The notes beneath the pieces were generated by a model. The model had not been told where the DNA came from. It made no database searches and saw only the letters and a list, made by a program, of their open reading frames with translations. Shown piece after piece: positions 9,044 to 17,340 of a DNA stretch of 64,000 nucleotides. The DNA lies in the NCBI RefSeq assembly GCF_049701115.1, contig NZ_JBNATX010000001.1, positions 166,698 through 230,697 of the forward strand, written 5' to 3'. The translations under genes were made by a program, and so were the position numbers. Position 1 is the first letter of the stretch, and each line of letters opens with the position of its first letter. The DNA is from Caldanaerobacter sp. Its GTDB lineage: Bacteria > Bacillota > Thermoanaerobacteria > Thermoanaerobacterales > Thermoanaerobacteraceae.

Positions 9044-9073
9044 TAGTATGTGAGGAAGATAATCAATTAATGC
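9044..9073 (-). promoter_or_regulatory. SigmaG-type promoter upstream of dodecin-spoVA
   Basis: GCATT-N18-CATACTA, matching the forespore sigmaG consensus. Confidence 0.7.
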
Positions 9074-9075
9074 AG

Positions 9076-9112
9076 AAAAAGTGTAGCATTCATTCCAGAT
9101 GCTACACTTTTT
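9076..9112 (-). terminator. Terminator at the end of sigF
   Basis: aaaaagtgtagcat/atgctacacttttt perfect inverted repeat. Confidence 0.75.
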
Positions 9113-9824
9113 CCAATTCATTCCTTATTTTTTCTAAGACTTTTTTTTCTATCCTTGAAACTTGAACCTGAGAAACCCCCAGGATACTTGCTACTTCCAT
9201 TTGAGTCATATCCTTAAAATATCTTAAAAATATTACCTGTTTTTCCCTTGGCGTAAGCTTGTCTATTATCATGTGAAGAGTTAATTTTTCTTCCAAGTCT
9301 ATGCTTTCTTCTTTATCGCCTAATATTTCAATGAGTTGCCTATCTTCCTCCTCATGACTTACGCTATCGTAAAGGGACTCTGCTACAAAAGCTGATTCAA
9401 AAGCCATTGCAATTTCTTCTGGACTGACATTGAGCCTTTCTGCTATCTCATTTATAGTGGGCTCTCTGTTTAGCTCACTGCTAAGCACTTCTTTTATGTA
9501 AAAAGCTTTCGAAGAGAGTTCTTTCAAGGACCTGCTTACTTTTATTAGCCCATCATCCCTTAAAAAACGCTTTATTTCTCCCATTATTATAGGAACAGCA
9601 TATGTAGAAAACCTTACGTTATAAGATTCGTCAAACTTCTGCACTGCTTTTACAAAACCTATACATCCTATTTGATACAAATCCTCCAGTTCGTATCCCC
9701 TATTTGAAAACTTTTTTACAATACTCCAAATAAGTCCACTGTTTTCTAAAATCAATTTTTCAAGGCTTTCTTTATCGCCATTTTTAGCCTTTTTTATTAG
9801 TTCAAGATTTTCTTCCTCCTTCAT
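9102..9824 (-). CDS. sigF: RNA polymerase sporulation sigma factor F
   Basis: Sigma-70 regions (EDLYQIGCIG, STYAVPIIMGEIKRFLRDDG, SQVQVSRIEK) downstream of spoIIAA-AB. Confidence 0.95.
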   Translation of the reverse strand: MKEEENLELIKKAKNGDKESLEKLILENSGLIWSIVKKFSNRGYELEDLYQIGCIGFVKAVQKFDESYNVRFSTYAVPIIMGEIKRFLRDDGLIKVSRSLKELSSKAFYIKEVLSSELNREPTINEIAERLNVSPEEIAMAFESAFVAESLYDSVSHEEEDRQLIEILGDKEESIDLEEKLTLHMIIDKLTPREKQVIFLRYFKDMTQMEVASILGVSQVQVSRIEKKVLEKIRNELEKV

Positions 9825-9837
9825 TCTCTATGTCACC

Positions 9838-10269
9838 TCATCTGTTCCGTCCTATATATTTTGTCATTCTCACCAGCGTTCCTTTTCCCGGAGCAGACTC
9901 GACCTCTAATTCATCCATAAAAGTTTGCATTACAGTAAACCCCATGCCCGCCCTTTCTTCTTCTAATCTGGTTGTAAAAAGAGGTTCCATGGCTTTTTTT
10001 ACATCTTCAATGCCTTTTCCTTCATCTATGACTTCTATTGTAATTTTGTTATTCAATATATAGGCCTTTATAGTTATAATTCCTATCTTATTTTCATAAG
10101 CATGAATTATACAATTTGTAACGGCTTCAGAAACTGCCGTCTTTATGTCGGCAATTTCCTCAATTGTTGGGTCTAACTGAGCGGCAAAAGCAGCTACTAC
10201 AGTCCTTGCAAAAGATTCGTTTTGAGATTTGCTTAAAAATTTCAGTTCCATCATATTAGAATATTCCAT
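9838..10269 (-). CDS. spoIIAB: Anti-sigma F factor
   Basis: [28 protein letters not shown] (GHKL kinase). Confidence 0.96.
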   Translation of the reverse strand: MEYSNMMELKFLSKSQNESFARTVVAAFAAQLDPTIEEIADIKTAVSEAVTNCIIHAYENKIGIITIKAYILNNKITIEVIDEGKGIEDVKKAMEPLFTTRLEEERAGMGFTVMQTFMDELEVESAPGKGTLVRMTKYIGRNR

Positions 10270-10282
10270 CTTATTATCCCCC

Positions 10283-10618
10283 TTACATGTCTTTTATAGC
10301 TTCTTCAAGGCTATTATAGCACTTAATTATTCTCAATAACCCTGAAACTTCTATTAACTTTTTTAAATGCTGACCCGTGTTCGCTATTGCAACTTTTCCT
10401 CCATTATTTTTAACCTTTTTATATCTTCCAATTATAACTCCAATTCCTGAACTATCCATAAAAGTAAGGTTCTTTAAGTCAAAAATTATATTTTTACAAT
10501 CTTTCTTTTCATACTCTTCATCAATAGTTTTTTTTACGCTTTCTGCTTGATGATGATCCAATTCACCATCGATTTTTACAATCAAAGTATAATCTTTTTT
10601 GGAAATTTTTACTCCCAT
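10283..10618 (-). CDS. spoIIAA: Anti-sigma F factor antagonist
   Basis: GELDHH and [15 protein letters not shown] (STAS domain). Confidence 0.96.
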   Translation of the reverse strand: MGVKISKKDYTLIVKIDGELDHHQAESVKKTIDEEYEKKDCKNIIFDLKNLTFMDSSGIGVIIGRYKKVKNNGGKVAIANTGQHLKKLIEVSGLLRIIKCYNSLEEAIKDM

Positions 10619-10641
10619 TTACATCAGCCTCCCCTTATTAT

Positions 10642-10666
10642 ATTCGATATAAATTTAAAAAATCCT
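10642..10666 (-). promoter_or_regulatory. SigmaH-type promoter of spoIIA
   Basis: AGGA-N17-GAAT; spoIIA is sigmaH-dependent in B. subtilis. Confidence 0.7.
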
Positions 10667-10687
10667 CCTTTTTTAGGATATTTTTCT

Positions 10688-10728
10688 AAAAATAAGTGAG
10701 CGGTATCAAATTCCGCTCACTTATTTTT
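10688..10728 (-). terminator. Terminator after dacF
   Basis: aaaataagtgagcgg/ccgctcacttatttt perfect inverted repeat. Confidence 0.8.
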
Positions 10729-11850
10729 AAGCCAGTAGTTTATTACTTTACTAAAATTCTCGAAAAGATTGGCTTTTTTGACCTCTTCGGCCGGGTAAAT
10801 ATCAAATTTTTTTATCACTTTTCCTTCAAGCAGAATCTTTACTATTCCGATAGAAGAACTTTTATTCACAGGAGCCTTTACATAGTCTTTAAGTTCGAGT
10901 TCTTTTTTAATATTTTTCCCCTCACCCTTTTTCACAACCACATATTCATCTTTTGGTGAAATGGCTTCTACCATGTCCTTTTTCCCTTTTAAAACTTTTA
11001 TTTTCCCTAGGACTTCCCCTTTTGAGGCGACTTTTATAGATTCAAAATTTGCAAATCCATAATCCAAAAGCTTTGCAGTTTCGTTAAACCGGGTTTCTGA
11101 ATCTGGTGCCCCAAATACCACAGCAATGAGTCTTGTATCTCCTCTTTTGGCAGTAGCCGCCATGCAGTACAGGGCTTCAGAAGTGGAGCCTGTCTTTATG
11201 CCATCTGCTCCTTTGTATCTCCATAGCAATTTATTTGTATTTATAAGGCTGAATTTCCCACCTCTTAAAGAGTCAATTTTATTAGTCAGGTAGTTAAAAA
11301 TAGAGGGGTGTTTCACAAGTTCTCTTGAAATCATTGCTATATCGTATACTGTAGTCAGATGACCTTCTTCAGGTAAACCTGTAGCATTTTTAAAGGTTGT
11401 GTTCTTGGCGCCCAGCTCTTTTGCCCTTTTATTCATCATTTCTACAAAATTTTCCTCTGTACCGGCTATATACTCGGCTAAAGCCACAGAAGCATCATTA
11501 GCTGAATTCATTGCGATTGCTTTCATTAAATCATCTACTGTCATCTCTTCTCCTACTTCTAGATAAATCTGGGTACCTCCCATATCAAAGGCATGTTTAC
11601 TAGTCACAACCTTATCTGTAACCTTAATCTTGCCGGAATCTATCGCTTCAATTGCTAAAAGGAGAGTCATTACCTTAGTAACGCTGGCAGGAGGTAAAGG
11701 TTTGTGAATGTCTTTTTCATATAAAATTTCTCCAGTTTCTGCCTCCATCAGTATTGCAGATTTTGCCTTTAAATTCAACCCATCTGCGTATGCAGTATTG
11801 ATCAATAAGGATATTACAACAAGCGCTGTCACTAATAGTTTTTTTGACAT
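10717..11850 (-). CDS. dacF: D-alanyl-D-alanine carboxypeptidase DacF
   Basis: SVTK, SAN and KTG motifs; directly upstream of spoIIA. Confidence 0.88.
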   Translation of the reverse strand: MSKKLLVTALVVISLLINTAYADGLNLKAKSAILMEAETGEILYEKDIHKPLPPASVTKVMTLLLAIEAIDSGKIKVTDKVVTSKHAFDMGGTQIYLEVGEEMTVDDLMKAIAMNSANDASVALAEYIAGTEENFVEMMNKRAKELGAKNTTFKNATGLPEEGHLTTVYDIAMISRELVKHPSIFNYLTNKIDSLRGGKFSLINTNKLLWRYKGADGIKTGSTSEALYCMAATAKRGDTRLIAVVFGAPDSETRFNETAKLLDYGFANFESIKVASKGEVLGKIKVLKGKKDMVEAISPKDEYVVVKKGEGKNIKKELELKDYVKAPVNKSSSIGIVKILLEGKVIKKFDIYPAEEVKKANLFENFSKVINYWLKNK

Positions 11851-11880
11851 AAAAAATTCACCCTCCTTTGCTGCTATTTA

Positions 11881-11909
11881 TATTTTGCACAGGAGGGTAA
11901 ATTTTATGC
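11881..11909 (-). promoter_or_regulatory. SigmaG/F-type promoter of dacF
   Basis: GCATA-N17-CAAAATA. Confidence 0.55.
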
Positions 11910-11912
11910 TTT

Positions 11913-12785
11913 TTAAGCTCTCGGATGAAATTTATTATAAACTTCTTTTATTTTTGAGCGAGATATAAAGGAAAATAGATTATTCCCAAAATCCGTCTCA
12001 TAACCCAGCATTTCTTGTACAGTTTTTATATCCGCACCATTTTGAATCATATGCTGTGCAAAAGACCTTCTCAATATATTAGGAGTTAATGGTAACCCAG
12101 GGCTTATCTTGTCAGCATACTCTTTTATTATTTTCCAGCAACCCTGCCTTGTTAGCCTTTTACCTCTTAGATTGAGAAAAAGAGTACTTTCTTCTTTAGC
12201 AGGCTTCCTTCCTTTTTCAATATATTCCTTTAAAGCTTCAATTGCATGACTTCCTATTGGAATTACTCTCTCTTTCCTAGAATGTACAACCACATAGCCA
12301 CTGGCTAGGTTTACATCCTCTATCTTTAACGATATAACCTCAGATACTTTAAGACCAGAAGCGTACATGAGTTCTATCAGGGCTTTATCTCTTAAACCTT
12401 TTTCATCCTTGCCGAAATCAAAAGACAAAAGCATATCTATTTGTTCCATAGTAAGAGTAATAGGGCTTCTTTTCTCCACTTTTGGAGCATTAATACCATA
12501 TGAGGGATCTTCTTCAATTTTTTTCTTTGCAAACAAATAATGATAAAACGCCTTTATAGAAGAAAGAGCCCTGGATATAGTAGCCTGAGACTTACCCTGT
12601 TGTTTTAAATAATAGAGGTAATTCAAAATGGTAGATTTCTTAACAGAATAAAAGTTTATTTGCTGTTCCTTCATATAGGATAAAAACTGCTCTATATCAC
12701 GAGAATAGGACTCAAGAGTATTATGAGATAGCCTTTTATTTCTATTCAAAAATTCCAGAAACTCCCCAACCACATTTTCAGCCAT
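11913..12785 (-). CDS. XerD/RipX-like tyrosine recombinase homologue with degenerate active site
   Basis: XerD fold end to end (LSHNTLESYSRD...RDKALIELMYASG...KEVYNKFHPRA) but catalytic motifs are altered; start placed at ATG 12785 after RBS AAGGGT. Confidence 0.85.
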   Translation of the reverse strand: MAENVVGEFLEFLNRNKRLSHNTLESYSRDIEQFLSYMKEQQINFYSVKKSTILNYLYYLKQQGKSQATISRALSSIKAFYHYLFAKKKIEEDPSYGINAPKVEKRSPITLTMEQIDMLLSFDFGKDEKGLRDKALIELMYASGLKVSEVISLKIEDVNLASGYVVVHSRKERVIPIGSHAIEALKEYIEKGRKPAKEESTLFLNLRGKRLTRQGCWKIIKEYADKISPGLPLTPNILRRSFAQHMIQNGADIKTVQEMLGYETDFGNNLFSFISRSKIKEVYNKFHPRA

Positions 12786-12841
12786 ACCCTTTTTACCCCT
12801 ACAATTTTCTAATTTTATGTATAAGTCCATTAATTATAAAT

Positions 12842-12866
12842 ATTCAACATAAATCGTCAATTTCCT
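12842..12866 (-). promoter_or_regulatory. SigmaH-type promoter upstream of the xerD-like gene
   Basis: AGGA-N17-GAAT, same spacing as upstream of spo0A and spoIIA. Confidence 0.6.
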
Positions 12867-12872
12867 TCTTTT

Positions 12873-13496
12873 TTACGACGAAAAAATAGGAAGAAATAGT
12901 ACATGGGGAGTAACATAGGATTCTATTAAACAACCCAGCATTATAAAAAGAAAACCCGCATATACCGCAAAACTGTAAGAAATGAATTGTGAAATGAGCT
13001 CTTCGAAAAAAAATTTTTTGTTTTTAAGAAGGTATAAAGAAAAATTGATTGCTGTTACAGAAGTAAAAAGTATTCCTAAAAGTATGAAAATATTCTGAGG
13101 AAGCAACCCTAAAATAGTCAACAGTACTCCTTTAAGCTGCATCTCTTTTATCATTATTCCTATTGAGAATCCAAGAGTAAACCCTCTAACTCCAACAATA
13201 AGGAAGATAAAAGGAATTCCAACTATGGTAGCTCCCAAAATCCACAGCAAAAAAACTGTAACAAAATTATTTAAAAGGGACTGTTTGAAAATCTGGACAG
13301 GATTTAATTCTACGGACTTTGCAATCTGGTAGAACTTGTCTATATATTCTTTTATCTGTTCCCTCTGAACCTCGGTGATATTATTTACGGTAAAAGTTCC
13401 TACAACAATGCCAATCATCAGAGCAGTTAAAACCAGAATATATAGAGAAAAATTTCCTTTTACATGAGAAGAAAATCCTGCTTTTATAAATTTCAA
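12873..13496 (-). CDS. spoIIM: Stage II sporulation protein M
   Basis: Multi-TM protein; GIPFIFLIVGVRGFTLGFSIG, LPQN and ESYVTP motifs. Confidence 0.92.
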   Translation of the reverse strand: MKFIKAGFSSHVKGNFSLYILVLTALMIGIVVGTFTVNNITEVQREQIKEYIDKFYQIAKSVELNPVQIFKQSLLNNFVTVFLLWILGATIVGIPFIFLIVGVRGFTLGFSIGIMIKEMQLKGVLLTILGLLPQNIFILLGILFTSVTAINFSLYLLKNKKFFFEELISQFISYSFAVYAGFLFIMLGCLIESYVTPHVLFLPIFSS

Positions 13497-13530
13497 GGCT
13501 ATTGCCCCCTATTCAATCCTTGCTAATTTA

Positions 13531-13559
13531 AATTTATGAATTAAAAGGGGACAATATTC
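13531..13559 (-). promoter_or_regulatory. SigmaE-type promoter of spoIIM
   Basis: GAATA-N16-CATAAATT. Confidence 0.7.
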
Positions 13560-13563
13560 CTTT

Positions 13564-14739
13564 TTAGTTTTCCAAAAACACCTTTCCATATATTCCGCCT
13601 CCCCCTGAGGCAATAGATATTTCTCCATTTCTCGCTTTCAAAATATTAAGAGCAATTTTTTCCCCAACAGCTTTTTTCAATTCCTCATAAGGTGCTTCAT
13701 GAAGCGCGTATATTTCGCTTCCAAAATAATCTACAAGTTTTTTAATAGTTTTTTTACCTATATTGGGAATAAATTCTAGTGGAATTTGATATATATAAGG
13801 GGGCCTAAAAAAAGGGTGCACTGTATCATGGTCTTTTATTTGCTCTATTCTGTCCTTCACTCCCATAACGATCTTATCACTACCACATTTCGGGCACCTT
13901 GTAACAGGGGGAGATTCTTTAGCAATATAGCCACATTCAAGACAAAAAGTTCTGTGATACTTTCCCAATTTCGGGTCTAATCCATAATTTTTTAAAATTC
14001 TTCTACCCCTCACTCTTTTTAAAGCTAACAAAATTTCCTCTAAATTTGGTTCTTCCACCTCTAAGACATTAAACTCTCTCGCAATTTTCCCTAAAGAATG
14101 CGCATCAGAATTAGAAAGAAAAGTTTTTGAAGAAAGCTCTGCTATTTGATCTGCCATATCTGAGTCGGCACTCAATCCCAGTTCTATTGCATCAATTTCA
14201 TTGCAGAAGTTATTAAAGATTTTACTCAGCCTATCTGTAGAACTTCCATAATAGCTTTTAAAAGGAGTAAAAACGTGGGCAGGCACTGGTATTCCATTAC
14301 AGCTTTTTATAACCTCAACCGCTTCTTTACTATTTAGGTTGACTCTTTGAGAACTTAAACTAACATTTTTCATATACTTACTTATTTTTTCAGAAAACAA
14401 GGAAATATCTTCTAAGGTCTTAAAATAGGCAATTAAATGGGGTGAACCCTTTTTTTCACCCCCAATTTCGATTTCACTTCCTAAAATCAGAGTCACTCTA
14501 TCTTTATAGCGCATTCCACCGCCTTCAAGCGGAGATAAAATTCCTTCTTCCTGATATTTTTTTATCTCATATATGAGATGAGGAGATGCACAATCCACTA
14601 CACCAACGATGTCTATACCTTTGAAAATGCTTTTTTCCAGGATGTTAAGAAGTGTCAAATCTCTTGAAGCAGATACTTTTATAAAAACTCCTCCCTCAGT
14701 ACGCCCTACGTGAATGTGAAGGTCTGCATAAACCTTCAT
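13564..14739 (-). CDS. Endonuclease Q family (YqxK/TIGR00375) PHP-domain nuclease
   Basis: DLHIH, PAHVFTP, SNSDAHS, GKYH and CxxC...CxxC zinc finger; real start at ATG 14739 overlapping the nudF stop (ATGA). Confidence 0.85.
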   Translation of the reverse strand: MKVYADLHIHVGRTEGGVFIKVSASRDLTLLNILEKSIFKGIDIVGVVDCASPHLIYEIKKYQEEGILSPLEGGGMRYKDRVTLILGSEIEIGGEKKGSPHLIAYFKTLEDISLFSEKISKYMKNVSLSSQRVNLNSKEAVEVIKSCNGIPVPAHVFTPFKSYYGSSTDRLSKIFNNFCNEIDAIELGLSADSDMADQIAELSSKTFLSNSDAHSLGKIAREFNVLEVEEPNLEEILLALKRVRGRRILKNYGLDPKLGKYHRTFCLECGYIAKESPPVTRCPKCGSDKIVMGVKDRIEQIKDHDTVHPFFRPPYIYQIPLEFIPNIGKKTIKKLVDYFGSEIYALHEAPYEELKKAVGEKIALNILKARNGEISIASGGGGIYGKVFLEN

Positions 14740-15284
14740 AACAAGCCTTCCTTCCCCAATTTCAAGTAATAAAGAACACCTATTACCGTCTTGGAATCTT
14801 TTATCATGTTTTTTAGAATCATTTGCCAAAGTTCCTCAGGAGAATACTCTACCACCTCTAAAAATTCATCTTCATCAGGATGAACTTTAACCTTTTTCAA
14901 GTCTTTTGCAAAGTAAAGATACATTTTTTCGTTTGAAAAGCCTGGAGTGGTATAAAAAGTCAGTAAATGCTTCAAATAACCTGCTTCATATCCCGTCTCT
15001 TCTGAGAGCTCTCTTTTTGCACACTCTTTTGGATCTTCTCCCTTCTCCAACTTGCCAGCAGGTATTTCTAATAGAATTTCTTCTGCGGGTTTTCTGTACT
15101 GTTTTACCAGAAGCAGTTTCCCTTCATTTGTAACTGCGACTATTGACACTCCACCGGGATGTTCGACTACCTCTCTTGTAGTTACTTTACCATTAGGTAG
15201 TTTTACTTCATCAACTCTCAAATTTATGATTTTTCCTTCAAATATCCTTTTACTGCTTACTGTTTCCTCTTTTACATCCATCAT
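14736..15284 (-). CDS. nudF: ADP-ribose pyrophosphatase (NUDIX)
   Basis: Nudix box EIPAGKLEKGEDPKECAKRELSEETG; REVVEHPGG. Confidence 0.9.
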   Translation of the reverse strand: MMDVKEETVSSKRIFEGKIINLRVDEVKLPNGKVTTREVVEHPGGVSIVAVTNEGKLLLVKQYRKPAEEILLEIPAGKLEKGEDPKECAKRELSEETGYEAGYLKHLLTFYTTPGFSNEKMYLYFAKDLKKVKVHPDEDEFLEVVEYSPEELWQMILKNMIKDSKTVIGVLYYLKLGKEGLL

Positions 15285-15302
15285 TTATATCTTCCTTTCT
15301 AT

Positions 15303-15331
15303 GTATAAATTTTACTCTAAATACATATTAT
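15303..15331 (+). promoter_or_regulatory. SigmaE-type promoter of the plus-strand small ORF, overlapping a divergent sigmaA -10 (TATAAT, minus strand, 15327-15332) for nudF
   Basis: GTATA-N16-CATATTAT. Confidence 0.65.
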
Positions 15332-15349
15332 AAAAATGAGGTGAGGAAA

Positions 15350-15451
15350 ATGCTAGTGTTTCTATATGTAGGAAAATTTTCAACTCTTATATCCCTTTTA
15401 AATAAGCTCGCAAAACAAAAATTAACCTTAAAAGATCTATTAAATTCCTAA
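15350..15451 (+). CDS. MciZ-like small protein (33 aa, putative FtsZ inhibitor)
   Basis: RBS GAGGTGAGG; MLVFLYVGKFSTLISLLNKLAKQKLTLKDLLNS; divergent from nudF like B. subtilis mciZ; gap-free VGK...L...KD register with MciZ. Confidence 0.65.
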   Translation: MLVFLYVGKFSTLISLLNKLAKQKLTLKDLLNS

Positions 15452-16516
15452 TAGTTCAGTAGCTACATAAATAGAAGCTGCACCACAAGCATTAAAAAAC
15501 TCTTTTTCTTCCTCGTAGCCTCTTCCCATAGTAGTCACATCAAAGTCCATTTCTCGCAAACAATCACCGGTTAACTCTGAATCTATAAAGCGTACATCAA
15601 ACCTTGAAAAAACTGGATTTGAAGCTATCTGATTCCTTACCAGTCTTTCCTTTTCTTCTTCCATGTTGGGAAAAGTTATGACAGAGGAAGAATAGCAGAG
15701 TTCTAAAACAGTTATGGTATGATGGCTTATCCCTTGATGCCTTCCTCTCGCATCTTTAAAACTTATCCTTGGAATAAGGACAGGCTTCCCTCCCATTTTA
15801 TTGACAGCATCTATTATGTAAGCCTGCTCAACGCCCGAAAAACCATACTTTGTACCCGTTCCCACTATTCCTGGCCCCATAGAAACTATTGCCACATCTG
15901 ACTTCAAAATTTCCTTAGAAGCTATAAGAGCGGTGTAGATATTGACACACTCATAGTCTCCGCCAAAGGCATGGCCAATAGTTATTGTAGCATCAAGAAC
16001 TCCCATGCCTTTAAGTTTATACACTGTATTGCTAATAGGAAGAGGTAATGCTCCTCCATCCGTCATTATATAAGTAATCTTAATGTCTGGCAGAAGTTTT
16101 TTTAACACCAGTGCCGAGGGAGTTACCATGCTGTGAAGTTCTCCTATTATTACAGGAAACCCGTTTAAATTCTTAAATTTATCAAACTCTTGGTGATATG
16201 GACTTGTTTCTTCTTCCATGGTCAGCAAATTCACCTGAAGAGGAGTATACCTTAGTTTCATTATATGACCTTTCCCAATGTTATCAAACTTATTATATTT
16301 CAAATTTGCGATAATAAAGTCATACCCACCCGTCCCTAAATTCAAAAGTCTAGCAGTCCTGTTAACATACACTAGATCTCCCTCTTCAACCTCTCCCGTT
16401 ATTTCATTGTAATTTATAGCTGCAGCCTTTTCACCTTCAGCCTCTATTTCTACTATAGAAATTTTGCCTCTTTTCGAAATTATTTTGCTTATTTGCCCAA
16501 GGTATATACTTATCAT
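15440..16516 (-). CDS. DUF3866 family protein
   Basis: LNLGTGGYDF, GHIMKLRYTPLQ, GELHS, MTDGGALP, MGPGIVGTGTKYGFSG. Confidence 0.8.
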   Translation of the reverse strand: MISIYLGQISKIISKRGKISIVEIEAEGEKAAAINYNEITGEVEEGDLVYVNRTARLLNLGTGGYDFIIANLKYNKFDNIGKGHIMKLRYTPLQVNLLTMEEETSPYHQEFDKFKNLNGFPVIIGELHSMVTPSALVLKKLLPDIKITYIMTDGGALPLPISNTVYKLKGMGVLDATITIGHAFGGDYECVNIYTALIASKEILKSDVAIVSMGPGIVGTGTKYGFSGVEQAYIIDAVNKMGGKPVLIPRISFKDARGRHQGISHHTITVLELCYSSSVITFPNMEEEKERLVRNQIASNPVFSRFDVRFIDSELTGDCLREMDFDVTTMGRGYEEEKEFFNACGAASIYVATELLGI

Positions 16517-17340
16517 TCCTCTTCTCCTCTTCTCCCCAGCATATCTAAATAATTTAAAAATTTGTTTTTCTCGATTAAAGCCGTCAAAGAATATCTCTCG
16601 GTAAAAAGATGAAACATTATAAGAAGAAGCAGTATAGCCAGTTTGCCATAAAAATCAAACAGTAAAATCGATGAAATACCTAAAGCCATGCCCAAGACAT
16701 TGGAACCTGTATCTCCCATCATGACACGGGCCTTCAAATCTTCTGGCATATACACAAGGACAATCACGAAAAGGATAAATAAGAACTCAGGCTTTCCCCT
16801 GCCAACCAATAAAAATAAGACAGAAAGCAACAAAAAAACTTTAGCACATCTTCCAGGCCTCAAATCAAAAAGATTCAAAAGATTGGTAAAAAGCGCTATT
16901 ATAAGTGAATCTATCACCAATTCAATCAAACCAATCCCTGCAATTTCACAACTGACAAAGGCAGCAATCAAAAGCCCTCCCAAAGCCTTAAGACTTCCAG
17001 TAGTGGGTTTCATCTTCAAAAGACTTGAAAGATGGCCTTTTAAGCCCTTTACCTTAGTATCACCTATAATGTCGTCTATAAAACCTAAAAATGAAATAAG
17101 CGAAAAAGCAACTAAGATAATTTCTTGGTACTCTACCGTGTAACCTAAAAAATTAATCAAGAAAATCGAGGTTAAAAAACTGGGAACGAAAACTATACCT
17201 CCACAGACCGGAATTATTTTTTTCCTGTAGTTTTCCCTTAAACAATAGGGGTGCTTAAAAATCTCCGTAAGAAATTTCTTTACAATAACCGTTACAACAA
17301 AGGGCACTAACAAATAAATAAGCCATTTCACTTCTTCCAC
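16513..17340 (-). CDS. MraY/WecA-like polyprenyl-phosphate sugar-1-phosphate transferase (glycosyltransferase family 4, Pfam sense)
   Basis: Multi-TM protein; GFIDD, NLLNLFD and MGDTGS motifs. Confidence 0.85.
   Translation of the reverse strand: MEEVKWLIYLLVPFVVTVIVKKFLTEIFKHPYCLRENYRKKIIPVCGGIVFVPSFLTSIFLINFLGYTVEYQEIILVAFSLISFLGFIDDIIGDTKVKGLKGHLSSLLKMKPTTGSLKALGGLLIAAFVSCEIAGIGLIELVIDSLIIALFTNLLNLFDLRPGRCAKVFLLLSVLFLLVGRGKPEFLFILFVIVLVYMPEDLKARVMMGDTGSNVLGMALGISSILLFDFYGKLAILLLLIMFHLFTERYSLTALIEKNKFLNYLDMLGRRGEEE

Noticed and set aside
10641-10648. Spo0A box upstream of spoIIA
   Set aside because: The only candidate (TATCGAA) has a mismatch to TGNCGAA and overlaps the sigmaH -10; too weak to call.
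11913-12830. xerD-like gene as a phage/island integrase or a pseudogene
   Set aside because: It sits at the conserved spoIIM-dacF position with no att sites or cargo and has an intact full-length frame; reported instead as a degenerate Xer homologue.
13564-14829. Extended N-termini given by the ORF track (also spoVAC, xerD-like, ispA, dxs, spoIIIAA, mltG)
   Set aside because: Downstream starts have proper RBSs and homologue-like N-termini, while the extensions overlap upstream genes or promoters.
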